Shown: positions 1 to 12,765 of the stretch, piece by piece
Numbering within the stretch: the first letter of the stretch is position 1
How the letters are laid out: every line of letters begins with the position of its first letter
Notes under the pieces: generated by a model
Seen by the model: the letters and a program-made list of their open reading frames with translations, nothing else
Told to the model about the DNA's origin: nothing
Databases searched by the model: none
Source: Octopus bimaculoides
Lineage: Eukaryota
Assembly: GCF_001194135.2 (NCBI RefSeq)
Contig: NC_068998.1
Span: 10,060,750-10,124,749 of the forward strand
Length of the DNA: 64,000 nt
Direction of reading: 5' to 3'
Program-made: the position numbers and the translations under genes

Positions 1-218
1 CGGCGAACTGGCAGAAGCGTTAGCACGCCGGGCAAAATGCTTCGCGGCATTTCGGCTGTCCTTACTTTCTCGGTTCAAATTCCGCCGAGGTCGACTTTTC
101 CTTTCATACTTTCGGGGTCGATAAAATAAGGCACAGTTGGAGACTGGGATCGATGTAATCGACTTACCCCCACTCCCTTGAAATGGCTAGCCTTGTACCA
201 AAATTTGAAATCATTATT
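1..218 (+). mobile_element. tRNA-derived SINE, family A (starts at window edge)
   Basis: Head ggcgaactggcagaagcgttagcacgccggg with B-box-like gttcaaattcc, then body gaggtcgacttttcctttcat...ggggtcgataaaataag; more than 10 similar copies in the window. Confidence 0.85.
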
Positions 219-304
219 TGGAGTTGTCTATTGGTTAGAATCGTTAGCTCCTTGTGTTATGAGTTCTGAAGTCAGCTTTACTTTTCATCTTTACGGAGTT
301 AAAA

Positions 305-622
305 CTTCCACTAAACTAGCACTTCGTCGGTTACGACGACGAGTATTTCTTTTGATCCGATCAAAAGGACAGCCTGCTCGTGAAATTAACATGCAAGTGG
401 TTGAGCACTCCACAGACACGTAGTTCTCAGAAAGATTCAGCTTGACACAGAATGTGACAAGGCTGGTCCCCTCTGAAATACAGGTACTAGCCATTTCTGT
501 CAGCTGAATGAACTGGAGCAACGTAAAATAGAACGTCTTGCTAAAAAAAACACAACGCGCCGCCGGGAATCGAACTCATCACTTTGCAATCGCGAGCCGA
601 ATATCCTAACCAGTAAGCAACT
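305..622 (-). mobile_element. Degenerate SINE family C 3' part joined to a family D SINE head
   Basis: 305-480 matches the 33659-34322 repeat (gagcactccacagacacg); 490-622 matches the reverse complement of the 60432-60655 head. Confidence 0.6.
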
Positions 623-990
623 CGCTTACAGGAACAAACTGGACTGCAGATTTCCAACAAGCCAGTAGTGTCAGTTACAACCCAGCAGAATAAATACCAT
701 CTGGTATTTTCTTTTTATTCAACGCACCGAATTATGCCTGGTTTCTATACTGCACAGTGTATTAGCACATTTAAGTGGAGGTACGGTGTATATATGAAAA
801 ACATCGGGCATATGGATTGTACTGAGTCGTTTGACCGACCGACTGCTCCCAATGTCTTATAAGGTCTGCTCGATAAGAATTGACCTGGGGTTTCACAACA
901 ACAAGAACGTCGACTAAAAACCTAAGAGAAAGAACTACAAAGCTAACTTCCGTTAACATATCTCTGCACCCTCACTTTCACCGTTATCAG

Positions 991-1017
991 CAGCCTGTCA
1001 AAAGACATTTTACCGTC
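991..1017 (+). CDS. Candidate 27-nt microexon, QPVKRHFTV (phase 0-0; 24 nt if the second AG of CAGCAG is used)
   Basis: Pyrimidine-rich ctctgcaccctcactttcaccgttatcag acceptor and consensus gtaagt donor at 1018. No transcript evidence. Confidence 0.35.
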
Positions 1018-1522
1018 GTAAGTAAATTGTATTTGCTTTACTATTATGTACTTCCATTTCCTTCTACCACAACACAAATCCCATCCTCAACACACATACA
1101 ATAAAATGTTTATTGCTTGTCAAATTGTTATCAGAGCACATTTATTTTGTATCAATAGCTTTTTGCCTCGATACAAGGCCTCTTTTATATTTGGTTTCGG
1201 AAATGGAATAGAAGATAGTCAATGGAATCTATTTCTATATCTTACTGGTGAGATTGTGATCATCGAAGCAGTTAATTCCAAATAGATACCGCAAGAACGA
1301 TATTTCATCAATTCAAACGGTATTAGCCGTGTAAAACTGTTATTTCCTAGACCTACTGCTCAATTCAATTCCTAGGCGCTGGCATTTTTGTGTGGTTAAG
1401 AAATTTGTGGTTTCGACGAGGTTTCGAATCCAGCCCTACTATTATAACAGCTTCGGGCCGAATAATGTCTGCAGAGTGAATTTATATGACGGAAACTGTG
1501 TGGCGGTAGTCGTATGTGTATA

Positions 1523-1568
<46 letters not shown>

Positions 1569-2321
1569 CTTGGAAAAGGATGCGTGGCGTTCGATCATAT
1601 AATAATATATAGATATATGCATATATCCATACATATATGTACATACCTACATCTATATGTATACATACATGCATATATGGGTTCAAGACATAAAAAAAAA
1701 ACGTTAAACACAATGAAAAAACAGAAAACGAACTTTTTTCGAACAACGAAAAAAAACCCAGAGAAATGAGACATGCACACGCATACATACGAATGTGTGG
1801 GTGCGTCTTTGAGTTCCCCCGCCGTTTAACAAGTTTGTTGATGTCTCTCCGTCGTATATATGTTGGGATTTTCAAACATTTAGATACTAAGATAAGTTTC
1901 AGCCAGAACTGGTCCAGGCTATGACTAACTTAATAAGCACCATTTGGAACAGTCATTTATTACAGTACAGACAGTCTTTGAGCACTATGGCTCATTCGAG
2001 GAAAGAGATATTATTTATTACTTGCAAAGATATATCCGGATGTAGGTGGTTTATCTGAAATCTGCTGGGAGATATTCGTCCATAAATCGTTTGGACCCAT
2101 TTCTCCTCTTACGAGTTAAAGAAACCAGGGCCAGCTAAGGTGAAATAGTTCCGTCTTAGTGTCGTGATGTGATGCAAGTATGATTTTTGTAAAGAACTGA
2201 TGTCACGGGGAACCGACCGTTGGGTGAATTTTGAAGTTGATACCAACATTATTTGAGCAATGTTGATGGAATATTTTATGACGATGAAACACCAAACAGA
2301 AAACGGAAAACGAACCAATAT

Positions 2322-2497
2322 AGGCGCATGAGTGGCTGTGTGGTAAGTAGTTTGCTTAGCAACCACATCCGGGTTCCGGGTTCAGTCCCCCCACTGCGTG
2401 GCACTTTGGACAAGTGTCTCGGGCCGACCAAAGCCCTGTGAGTGGATTTGGTAGACAGAAACTGAAAGGAGCCCGTCGTATATATGTATATCTGTAT

Positions 2498-2533
<36 letters not shown>

Positions 2534-2705
2534 GTGTGTTTGTCCCCACCAACATCGCTTGACAACCGATGCTGGTGTGTTTACGTCCCCGTAACATAGC
2601 GGTTCGGCAAAAGAGACCGATAGAATAAGTCCTGGGGTTGATTTGCTCGTCTAAAGGCGGTACTCCAGCATAGCCACAGTCAAATGACTGAAACAAGTAA
2701 ATGAG
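2322..2705 (+). mobile_element. tRNA-derived SINE family B (CORE-like), full length, internal (TA)n
   Basis: aggcgc..gtggctgtgtggtaag head, gggttcagtccc B-box, ccgaccaaagcc, internal microsatellite, catcgcttgacaaccgatgctgg...ctccagcat..cagtcaaatgactgaaacaag tail. Confidence 0.9.
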
Positions 2706-3124
2706 TAATTCATCAGAGCACCCAGTGATTACTAACTTCAGTAGCTGGGCATCAGTCTAATTAATGAGCAAGCGAATCAACAGTTATCAGAGTTCAGTAC
2801 ATGCAGCATGACTACTAAATCTTGATAGATTTAAACTTCGTATATTTTTTTCTTTTAATTCCCTCCAGAATCAATAAAAAATATGCTTCTAATACATCAG
2901 TATCGAGCCGATTATCGATATCCTTTACTCGGGAAAACTGGTCTGGTTAATCATTTACATCATGCATTTTGTGAAAGGTGGCGTCGTTGGAAATCACTGG
3001 TTCACAGTATTTCAAATGGTATTAGTGACAAGGGAGCGTCTATGTAGCTAGGGAGGAATAAATACCACAAAGTATTTTTATCCGACATATTGTGTGCATC
3101 AGTGTATGTGTATATATGCATATA

Positions 3125-3165
<41 letters not shown>

Positions 3166-3189
3166 TCAAAGGCTTTTGGCTCTCGAGAG

Positions 3190-3480
3190 AAGCGTCTGTG
3201 GAGCTGTCATGACAGTGCCCCAAACACGAAGAAAAACGTGTACAGTGCCGCAGTGCCCCCTTGCTTTCTCTACGCCACGGAATGCATGGCCCTCTACCGA
3301 AGGCATCTCAAGGACGTGACGCGAGTCCAACTTCGTCATATGCGTTCCGTCTTGCATATCAGACGGCAAGATATCATTCCTGGTGCAGAGATCTTGCTCC
3401 ATGCTGGCGCAGTTAGTACGGAGGCCCTAATTAAACTCATCGCAGCTGCACTGGGCGGAATATGTTTTCTACAGTGAATA
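3190..3480 (+). mobile_element. RTE-clade LINE fragment, C-terminal region of ORF2, decayed
   Basis: ORF 3238-3477 reads LYATECMALYRRHLKDVTRVQLRHMRSVLHIRRQDII...EILLHAG, then QLHWAEY in a shifted frame. This resembles the RTE pattern LLYGSETWTLYRRH...LRSILGI.WQD...QLRWAGH. Confidence 0.75.
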
Positions 3481-3505
3481 GCGTCAGGGCAGGCGGAGCT
3501 GTGAT

Positions 3506-3988
3506 CGGACTCCAGTAATGAACTCATTTGCATACAGCCAATCAGAACTCACCTTGACCTTTGTTGTCAAGTTAACAAACACACTCAAGATGAAGAACGG
3601 TGTTGTAAGTCGACCGATTGCCAAGCTATGCCTGATCTTAGAAGGAGACAAGTAATTAGATTTGCATCTATACCTATTATCGGATTTTGTTAGGGCCCCA
3701 TATGGTAAAGATGTGGGTGGGAAAAATGTGGGTAGAGGGTGATGCGCTAGCAACCCTCACCCCTTACTGTTTTAATAAGTAAACAACAACACAAATAACT
3801 ACGCAGAGGCAGCCATGGTTGAAACAAGAACAAGAACAACAAGCATTATTAAAAGAGAAAAGAAGCATGGTCATTCCTTGCCCAAGTGACCTTATCTTGT
3901 CGCCTATCGCTCGTTATGCGCTCATAAACTAGCTTGATAGTAGAGCTCTATATTGGACGTATGCAAATGAGTTCATAACTGGGGTCCG
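3506..3988. mobile_element. Inverted-repeat-bounded element (about 37-bp arms), unclassified
   Basis: cggactccagtaatgaactcatttgcatacagccaat (3506-3542) is the reverse complement of attggacgtatgcaaatgagttcataactggggtccg (3952-3988) with 4 mismatches. No clear TSD. Confidence 0.5.
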
Positions 3989-5097
3989 GAACTTTCGTGG
4001 AGGAAAAAAATTTCGCTGCCCGGCGGTGTGCTAACGTTTCTGTCAGCTCGTCACTTTGGTATTCTTGATTACTAAACAGCATAATAACATAGTCTGCAAT
4101 GAAGTTTAACCACTACTCCTTATTTCCGGTGCAAATGTCATTACTCATCACAAACCCACTCAGTCCACACACACACCACACTCTATTGTCACTTATTTTC
4201 ACATTACGCAAGTAGTATTACAGCCTGTTAGTTTCACTTCCCATCCCACCTCGCTCTCGTATGTGTGCACATGCAATTTATGTGAATATAAGTATGTATA
4301 CATCATTAAAAAAACATTGTATATATATATATATATATATATANNNNNNNNNNNNNNNNNNNNNNNNNNNNNNNNNNNNNNNNNNNNNNNNNNNNNNNNN
4401 NNNNNNNNNNNNNNNNNNNNNNNNNNNNNNNNNNNNNNNNNNNNNNNNNNNNNNNNNNNNNNNNNNNNNNNNNNNNNNNNNNNNNNNNNNNNNNNNNNNN
4501 NNNNNNNNNNNNNNNNNNNNNNNNNNNNNNNNNNNNNNNNNNNNNNNNNNNNNNNNNNNNNNNNNNNNNNNNNNNNNNNNNNNNNNNNNNNNNNNNNNNN
4601 NNNNNNNNNNNNNNNNNNNNNNNNNNNNNNNNNNNNNNNNNNNNNNNNNNNNNNNNNNNNNNNNNNNNNNNNNNNNNNNNNNNNNNNNNNNNNNNNNNNN
4701 NNNNNNNNNNNNNNNNNNNNNNNNNNNNNNNNNNNNNNNNNNNNNNNNNNNNNNNNNNNNNNNNNNNNNNNNNNNNNNNNNNNNNNNNNNNNNNNNNNNN
4801 NNNNNNNNNNNNNNNNNNNNNNNNNNNNNNNNNNNNNNNNNNNNNNNNNNNNNNNNNNNNNNNNNNNNNNNNNNNNNNNNNNNNNNNNNNNNNNNNNNNN
4901 NNNNNNNNNNNNNNNNNNNNNNNNNNNNNNNNNNNNNNNNNNNNNNNNNNNNNNNNNNNNNNNNNNNNNNNNNNNNNNNNNNNNNNNNNNNNNNNNNNNN
5001 NNNNNNNNNNNNNNNNNNNNNNNNNNNNNNNNNNNNNNNNNNNNNNNNNNNNNNNNNNNNNNNNNNGTTGGGGGGGGGAACAAGCACAGACACACAA

Positions 5098-5147
<50 letters not shown>

Positions 5148-5875
5148 GTATATACATACATAAAGACAGAGAGGAGGGAGGGCCACGACAGTACTGGCCG
5201 TGTACCTTTTTCCTTTTTTTTATTTGTTGACCATTGAAAGAATCAAACTTAAAGATGGCTTTGGGAGGATTAGAACTCAGATTCTCAAAACAAAGAAAAA
5301 CAAAAAGCTCCGGTAAATCCCGCAACGCTCTGATGCTTTAAGTTGTGTGTATGCGCATGCGCACACACACACACAAAAGCACATTGTAATTATTTTTTGC
5401 ATTGTGACTTTTGCTCTGTATTCAAGTCTGTTAACGTATTCGAAATGCCTTTCTTTTTCATAATAATTATTATTAGAGAAAATGTATCATCATCGTACTC
5501 GTCATTTCTGTCTCTCTTTGTCAGACAATGAAGTGACGACTCAAACATTTCTGCTGTTTTGCATTTGTTTTGTTTTCGAGTCAAAGTTCAAAACGAAAAG
5601 AGAAACAAAAATGTAATTAAGAACAACGATGACAAAACCAACAATAAAATTAATTGGGTGAGTAAATGTTAAAAAAAGAAAATTATTACAGATGCAGGAG
5701 TGGCTGTATAGTTAATAAGCTTGCTTTGGAACTACGTAGGTTTGGGTTCACTCCCACTGCGCGGCACCTTGGGCAAGTGTCACCTATTATAGCCAGACAC
5801 CACTGCTTTGCGAGTGAGTTTGGTAAACGGAGGTTGCGTGGAAGCCCATCGTGTTTGTGTGTGTGTGTGTGTGTC

Positions 5876-6060
5876 TAGTTCAAAATTGTACAAAAAAAAA
5901 CAGGTGAGAGGACAATAAACAAGGTGTGCAGATTAGTTTACCGTTCACGAAAAATGCAAGAAGTATTTGACATTTCGAGCCTACGCTCTTCTTCAGAAAG
6001 GAATGAGAAGGGTAAACAGATGGAGAGAAAGAAAACGGAGAGAGAAGAAAGAAACGTGTT
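5876..6060 (-). mobile_element. Short Penelope-like (pLTR-type) remnant carrying a hammerhead-like motif
   Basis: Same layout as 30781-30875 and 38718-38939: microsatellite, agttcaaa, A-rich tract, gaggac, then the motif. Confidence 0.55.
5966..5999 (-). ncRNA. Minimal type I hammerhead-like motif
   Basis: Minus strand UUU CUGAAGA A GAGC guag GCUC GAAA UGUC AAA: core, 4-bp stem II, GAAA, GUC site. Stem I is only 3 bp. Confidence 0.5.
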
Positions 6061-6321
6061 TGGTGTGTGCATTGTGTGTGTGTTAGGGGAGTATTTGTTC
6101 ACCCACAACCGCTTGACAACCGATGTTAGTTTGTTTACTTCCCTGTATCTTAGCAGTTCGGCAAAGATACCGACAGAATAAGTACTGGGGTCGATTTATT
6201 CGACTAGCCTTTCCAAAGCAGTGCCCCGGCATGGCCGCAGTCCAATGACTGAAACAAAAGATAAAAGATATATTTCTGTGCCTTACCTACGATTATTTAT
6301 ATTAATTTTATTATGAACGAT

Positions 6322-6531
6322 TCTTATTTCTTTATTGCCCACAAGGGGCTAAACATAGAGGGGACAAACAAATGGATTAAGTCGATTACATCGACTCCAG
6401 TGTGTAACTGGTACTTAATTGGATGAAAGGCAAAGTCGACCTCGGCGGAATTTGAACTCAAAACGTAACGGCAGACGAAACACCGCTAAGCATTTCGCCC
6501 GGCGTGCTAACGGTTCTGCCAGCTCGCCGCC
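6322..6531 (-). mobile_element. SINE family A monomer
   Basis: Reverse complement of the 10967-11200 unit, from head to the gccccttgtgggcaataaagaaataag tail. Confidence 0.9.
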
Positions 6532-6958
6532 TTGGCATAACACACTAACCGTCACCGTAACCATGAAAGATTCACAATACTTCTCTCGCAGTACAATAAT
6601 ACAAATCTGAAACGGAAGCCAGGTGCCGATGCAGGAAATGATTAATTTCATATTTAAAACAAAAAATAAATAAATAAATTTGAGAAAAGCCTCTTAAACT
6701 TCCCTCTTTTGTCTCATCTTTACCAAAGAGAGTGAGACATTTTCGTAGTTTAGTATGCATGGTAAAGTTCATAGTTGACCAAGTACTCTTGGAAGAGTGG
6801 TCTTGCAAAATACACACACAGACACACACACAGATACACACATATATAGACACGCATATATACACGTATATATGTACACATGCATATATATATATATATA
6901 TATGTATATGTATATGAATACACGCACATGTATATATATATATATATATATAAGGTGC

Positions 6959-6995
<37 letters not shown>

Positions 6996-7395
6996 CACAC
7001 ACACACACAAAACTCGCGTATTTCTCTCTTGTAATTTGTCGGTATTCTCAGAGAAAGTTACACGGCCATCTATCATTATTTTGGATGACGTTACCATTTC
7101 AATAAGGCATTACAAACCAACCAGCTTTTGTTTGTTTGTTTCTTGCATTAAAGCAAAGAAATAATGTCTCTAATTGAAAGCCAAACCTGTGTAGCTTGTT
7201 ACGTTTCCGATTAATTTCAACGTGGCATTAAATGTTCTAACACATCGTTGTCTCATTCATTTATTTATAGTTCACTCATTCTTACCATCGACTTACTCAT
7301 ATACTCTTTTTATAGCTGAATCTAGTCTTTGCAGGTTTGTTGACTAGAATCTGTCTATGTGAGAGTTCCACTAAGTCTATGAATAAATTACTTCC

Positions 7396-7684
7396 TAGGC
7401 GCAGTAGTGGCTGTGTGATAAGAAGTTTGCTTCCCAACCACATGGTTTCGAGTTCAGTTCCACCGCGTGGCACCTTGGGCAGGGCCGACCAAAAGCCTTG
7501 TGAGTGAAACTGAAAGAAGCTTGTCATATATATATACATGTATGTGTGTGTGTCCATATTTGTGTATCTGTGTTTGTTTCTCTACCATCGCTTGACAACC
7601 GATCTTGGTGTGTTTACGTTCCCGTAACTTTTAGCGGTTCGACAAAAGACACTGATAGATTAAGAAGCAGGCTTGCAAAGAATA
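7396..7684 (+). mobile_element. SINE family B
   Basis: aggcgcagtagtggctgtgtg head, ggcaccttgggcag, internal microsatellite, catcgcttgacaaccg. Confidence 0.85.
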
Positions 7685-10451
7685 ACCACTTGCCCACTCG
7701 CCTGACTGTCGTAGGCACTCAGCTAATGAGTCTATCACAGGAGTGGCGTCGTGACATAGACAAAAGGTGTCCCATCCTTGTGCGTACCTCACCACAGCCA
7801 ATTTTTTTGCAGAAAGAGAAAGGAAAGAAAATATGTACCGACTCAAGTGTGGGATTGGCACTTCATTTACCATCCCCCCCCCAAAAAAAAGATAGAAGAA
7901 AATGTTATTAACCTGAGCAAGGTCTTGGATTATTTCTGTTTGGCTGCCACTTTTCAATTTCTTCAATTTTTGTTCGAATTGGTTTCATATTTGGTGTAGT
8001 TTTGTATGGTAATCATTGACATGAAATTCATTTTCGCCATAAATCAATAAATAAAGAGCTAATAGCTTTTAAAGTTTGCAAATTTTAGGTAATTATAACC
8101 AATCGAAATCCACAGACGTAAAAGCGTCTGTTTTCATAGAAACAAGCCAAGGTGTTACCAAGCTGCTTATTCCCTTGTTGCTGTCCTGTCAAGCCACGTG
8201 GTCATTTTTCCGCTTATTTAAAAACACCAGTTATGAGGTGGCTGTGAGATGTGCTAAAAATAACAACTAAATAGGCCTTAAATCACGAACCACGTTTTAT
8301 TTATTTATTTATTTTTGTCAATTTTTATATAATCATATGAATTCCTGTGTGTAGAATATAAATTCGCAAAAATTTTCTGAAAATTCCCCAAAATAAAAAA
8401 ATGCTGTGAAGGGTTATATGTCTTGCGAAAAGCACAATTCCACCAGTATTTCATTTGTTCAGTGTTTCATATTTAAACACGTGCTATTTTCGCAATATTG
8501 ACAACTCGTGCAGAATGACAACTTTCAAATCTTGCTTTCTGACTGGATGAAAATTACCAAATTTTAAACCTCTATAACCATTTAAAAAAAAAAATTCTGA
8601 AGTGAAATATCTCCCGTGATTCAGCGTTGAAAATTATATCAATACACCAAGTTTTATATTTTTCATTAAACTTCAAAATTTCCGCAGGTTTGAACTCAGA
8701 ACGCGTAGTAGAGCCAGGCGGAATATCTCAATGAACATCTACTACACATCCTAACGACTCTGCTGGTTAGCAACTATACATTCCGGGGGAAGGGTAAGTT
8801 GATCACATTGACCCTAGAGCTCAACGTCGACTTCAGCGGAATTTGAACTCAGAACATAAAGACGGGTGAAATGCGGCCAAGAATTATCTTTGGTTTGCTA
8901 ACGATTTTTCCGGCTTGCTGCCTTCGCTATACACACCATATTACTTGTTTTTTACTGTACTAATTCTATCAATCCACAGTGTGTGTGTGTGTGTGTGCGT
9001 GTGTGCGTGCGTGCGTGTGTGTGTGTGTTGCTGACGGCGTAATAATTTATAAACTTTCGAGAGAACGTGAACTCTTTTTTGAAATATATCGAAGCAAAGA
9101 AGTACGCACATAAAGCATGAAAAAAATGTTGGCTTGAGAAAGCCTTTTGGATAAGGTGGGGGTGGGTTTTGAAAAACTATTGGTGGAACTCGAACCCACG
9201 ACTCCTGTAAACATGACATGCGTTTTATCATATGACCAAAGCAATCCTTCGAATTTTTACATGCCTTTAGTATTAGCTTTATGTATGTGCGTTGATAATA
9301 GATGATAAACGATAATCCAAAAGAAATATCAACAGACATTATATGTCTTCCTCAACGTCACTCACAAATACATTCACACACGCACACACAAAAGACTGGG
9401 TTATTTACACCTGTATTCGAGCACAAAAGTCAGACAACGAAACAATGCTGCAGAAAAGATTTAAGGCCCATTTGACCCAGACGACCAGCAACCGGTAGGT
9501 AGAGGGAAGCTACCAGTTGCGCGACGGGACTCGTATAAGAGTTGAGAGCTGCGCGCGGAAATTTTGAACAATAACTTTTTCCCTCCTACCTACTCTAAAA
9601 AAAACATTTCCTCACATACACACATACATAAACACTGATGCAAAACAAATTATTTTACTAATAGCTCTTGATATAGGTAGGACAGCTTGTTTCCTCACAA
9701 TACAACCAGGTGTGGTGAAGAGAAATATGAACGTTTCTTTAATATCTAAGAAGCATTTTATTTTATTGTATTTCTTAAAAACCATTTGGACGGCGGTTAT
9801 TTGTACAGCATCACACCCAATTTTGACACCGGTGACACCTCACACAAAGCGATAAGGAAAAGCAAAAAGATATTTTATAAAAATACGTCAATCTTCGAAT
9901 AAAAACATATAACGTCAGTATGAAAATGTAAACCTCCAACACCATTACCTCTTCTGTCTTCTTCATAAATTCTATCACTAGCCATCTATCTATTTCTCTC
10001 TCTCTCCCATATCTCATACTTTTTATTCCTTTTTCTCTCTCATTTCATTTTCGCACTCTCTTTTTCTCTTTTCCGCTTATTCTTAGATCTATTACCTGCG
10101 TCTTTTCTCTCCTCTTTAGGTCTTCCATAACCCTCCCTTATCGTTTTAACTGTTTTCTCTGTCACCCTCATTTATTTTCTTCGTTTTCTTTTTGTCTCTC
10201 GCTCAATCTCTCCCGTTCACTCTTCTACTTTTTCTATATTCTTTCTCTCTTCTTTCCTCCATTTCTATCTTTCTTCATACTCCCTCTTCCGTCACTTCTC
10301 CCATATCTTTTATCCTCTACTCTTGATTATCTTTCGCTCCCTTGTGTTTCTGTTTTAACACTTTACCTCTACTTGTCTCGACTATCGTGTCACAACTGAC
10401 CCGCTACGCCCGTACGACTTTCTTTTCTGAGATATCTTTTCTTTTCACAAG

Positions 10452-10501
10452 ACGTCAGGGGACCAATGCAGTAATTCTCATGAGGCTTCTCAAGGGAGGA
10501 G
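10452..10501 (+). CDS. Weak candidate 50-nt exon, TSGDQCSNSHEASQGR (phase 0-2)
   Basis: ttttcttttcacaag acceptor, gag|gtgggt donor; phase fits between 991-1017 and 18045-18093. Could be a pseudo-exon. Confidence 0.22.
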
Positions 10502-10966
10502 GTGGGTCTGTGAGGATTAAAATGAGAGCAGACAAACTGCCATGTTAAATAAAATTAAGATGGCTGCAAACTTTTAAATATGTCCAACTCCATAGCGAGG
10601 GAAGAAGAGTGGAAAGCTGGAGTTGGCAGAAATTGTTAGAGCAGCGGACAAAATGCTTTGCGATATTTACATTCTGAGATAAAATTCCAGCGAGTTCAAC
10701 TTTGTATTTCATCCCATTGGGAGTCGATAGAATAAAGTACTAACGTAGCAGTTCGGCAAGACCAACCAGATTTTGAAGTATAAGTACTGGGGATGGGCTT
10801 TCGATTTGTTGGACTAAACCGTTCAATACGGTGCCCCAGCATGGCAGTAGTCCAACGACTGAAACGAGTAAAAGATAACTGAATATGGGCAATGACAGGG
10901 AGAAGTGAGTCCGATTTCAGACTTTTATCATTCGTTCCTCATTCTATAATATTTTATACTTAATAT

Positions 10967-11384
10967 GGCGGCGAGCTGGCAGAAATGTTAGCAAGCCGGG
11001 CGAAATGCTTAGCGGTATTTCGTCTGCCGTTACGTTCTGAGTTCAGATTCCGCCGAGGTCGACTTAGCCTTTCATCCTTTCGGAGTCGATAAATTAAGTA
11101 CCAGTTACGCACTGGAGTCGATGTAATCGACTTACTCTCTTTGTCTGTCCTTGTTTGTCCCCTCTATGTTTAGCCCCTTGTGGGCAATAAAGAAATAAGA
11201 AATGTTAGCATGCCGGGCGAAATGCTTAGCGGTATTTCGTCTATCTTTACGTTCTGAGTTCAAATTCCACCGAGGTTGATTTTGCCTATCATCCTTTCTG
11301 GGTCGATAAATTAAGTACCAGTTGCGTACTGAGGTCGATCTAATCGACAAAATTTCGGGCCTTGTGTCCAGAGCAGAAAAGAAT
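10967..11384 (+). mobile_element. Dimeric SINE family A
   Basis: Full monomer, then gaaataag|aaatgttagc junction into a second, 5'-shortened monomer with a different tail. Confidence 0.9.
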
Positions 11385-12765
11385 ATTTTATACTTAATTC
11401 CTTTGCCATCAATTTTCTCTTTATATTTTCTTCTCCATTTCACACCATCGTTGCTTACTCTCCTTTCTCCAGTTTTTTCCTGTTTCTACTTTTATTACAT
11501 GAGGTTCAATTATTTTCTTTTTATCCATCTACATACATATTATCTAGGCATCTACCTACCTATTTCTTTCTTTATTCATTTACCTACCTCCCTCCCTCCC
11601 TCATTATTTGTCATACCAGTTGAATCTCCATTTCACTTTCCCCGTTATTTCTTTTGTAATAACTTCGTCCAATTTTTATTAATATTATTTCTGTCTGTTG
11701 TCTGACTGCCCTGACTTTTCAATGTTCTTTATTAGAAATAGGTCATTCCAGTCTTAACCACCGGTCGAGGCGTATTCCTTTATGCGAGGAAGGTGTGTGT
11801 GTATGTGTGTGTGTGAAAGCATACGCCTCTCTTTTTCTCGCTTTCTTTCTTTACAGTGGAGCGTATATCCATGTGTGCGAAGATGCTTTTCCGGTGTATG
11901 CGCAATTTTAACGTCTGTGAATGGAGAATGCAAGGTGTGTGTGTGTACACACTGACGCATAATGCTTATGAGCATTATACATGCTTCACTGTTTTACAGA
12001 ATATTTTTGCGTATACGTGCATGTGTAGCGTACTGATAAGAGCGAATATCTGTGTGTGTGTGTCTGTGTGTCTTTATTTATGTATTTACATATCTGTCTA
12101 TATATATATATATCTATTCTTTTTAATGTCTCAAGTAGGTGACTAAAAAACTGTCCTGACACATCGCTCGCGCACGCATGCACACAACACATTGTCAACT
12201 ATCTGTTACCATGACACCCTGTGACGTTGTTTTTGTTCAGCCACAGGCAACCCTAAATAATCTACAATCAAATGTTTTCCTCCCGTGGCCATCCTATCTT
12301 GTATTTCAGTTATAGTTTCGCTAATATTTCTTGCAATCGATGTCTAAGTTCAAATCCCATTGAAGTCAACACTGCAGTTTATCTTTTGGGGATTGATAAA
12401 GAATAAAAGAAACGAACCAGGGTGACGGAGTTGTGGAACTATAAGAAGTTCGGACCGGATGCGGATGCCTACCAACATTTGTTGCTGCTCCTTGCGTTCT
12501 GAGTTCAAATCCTACTGTGGCGTACAGTGGTGTGATGACAATTTGTCGCCCGGTTCAACACTAGGTTTTGAGGCACCCTGGGTGCTTTTTGCAGAGGCCA
12601 CTTTATTCGAAGCACTTCGGTCAGGTCTTCAGTTTGATTCTATGCTTTTTTTCCTTCTTTTCTACAGGACTTCGGGGCCCTGTGCGTGGTTACTATGGCA
12701 ATTATCTTCTTTCCTAACTAAAGGCCGCAGTCTGCTGGCTGAAACAAGTAAAAATGAATGTAGGT

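Larger units (their letters stand above)
5692..6270 (+). mobile_element. SINE family B interrupted at its internal (TG)n by the 5876-6060 element
   Basis: 5' half 5692-5874; the 3' half resumes near 6090 (accgcttgacaaccgatg...gcatggccgcagtccaatgactgaaac). Confidence 0.8.

Noticed and set aside
4199-5325. ORFs of 250-400 aa here and across the other N-gaps
   Set aside because: They are runs of X from assembly gaps plus microsatellite translations (YIYI, HTHT, CVCV), not coding evidence.
9495-9593. Short inverted pair gtaggtagagggaa / ttccctcctacctac
   Set aside because: 14-15 bp of low-complexity purine/pyrimidine sequence with a 70-nt spacer; plausible by chance or an unclassifiable remnant.
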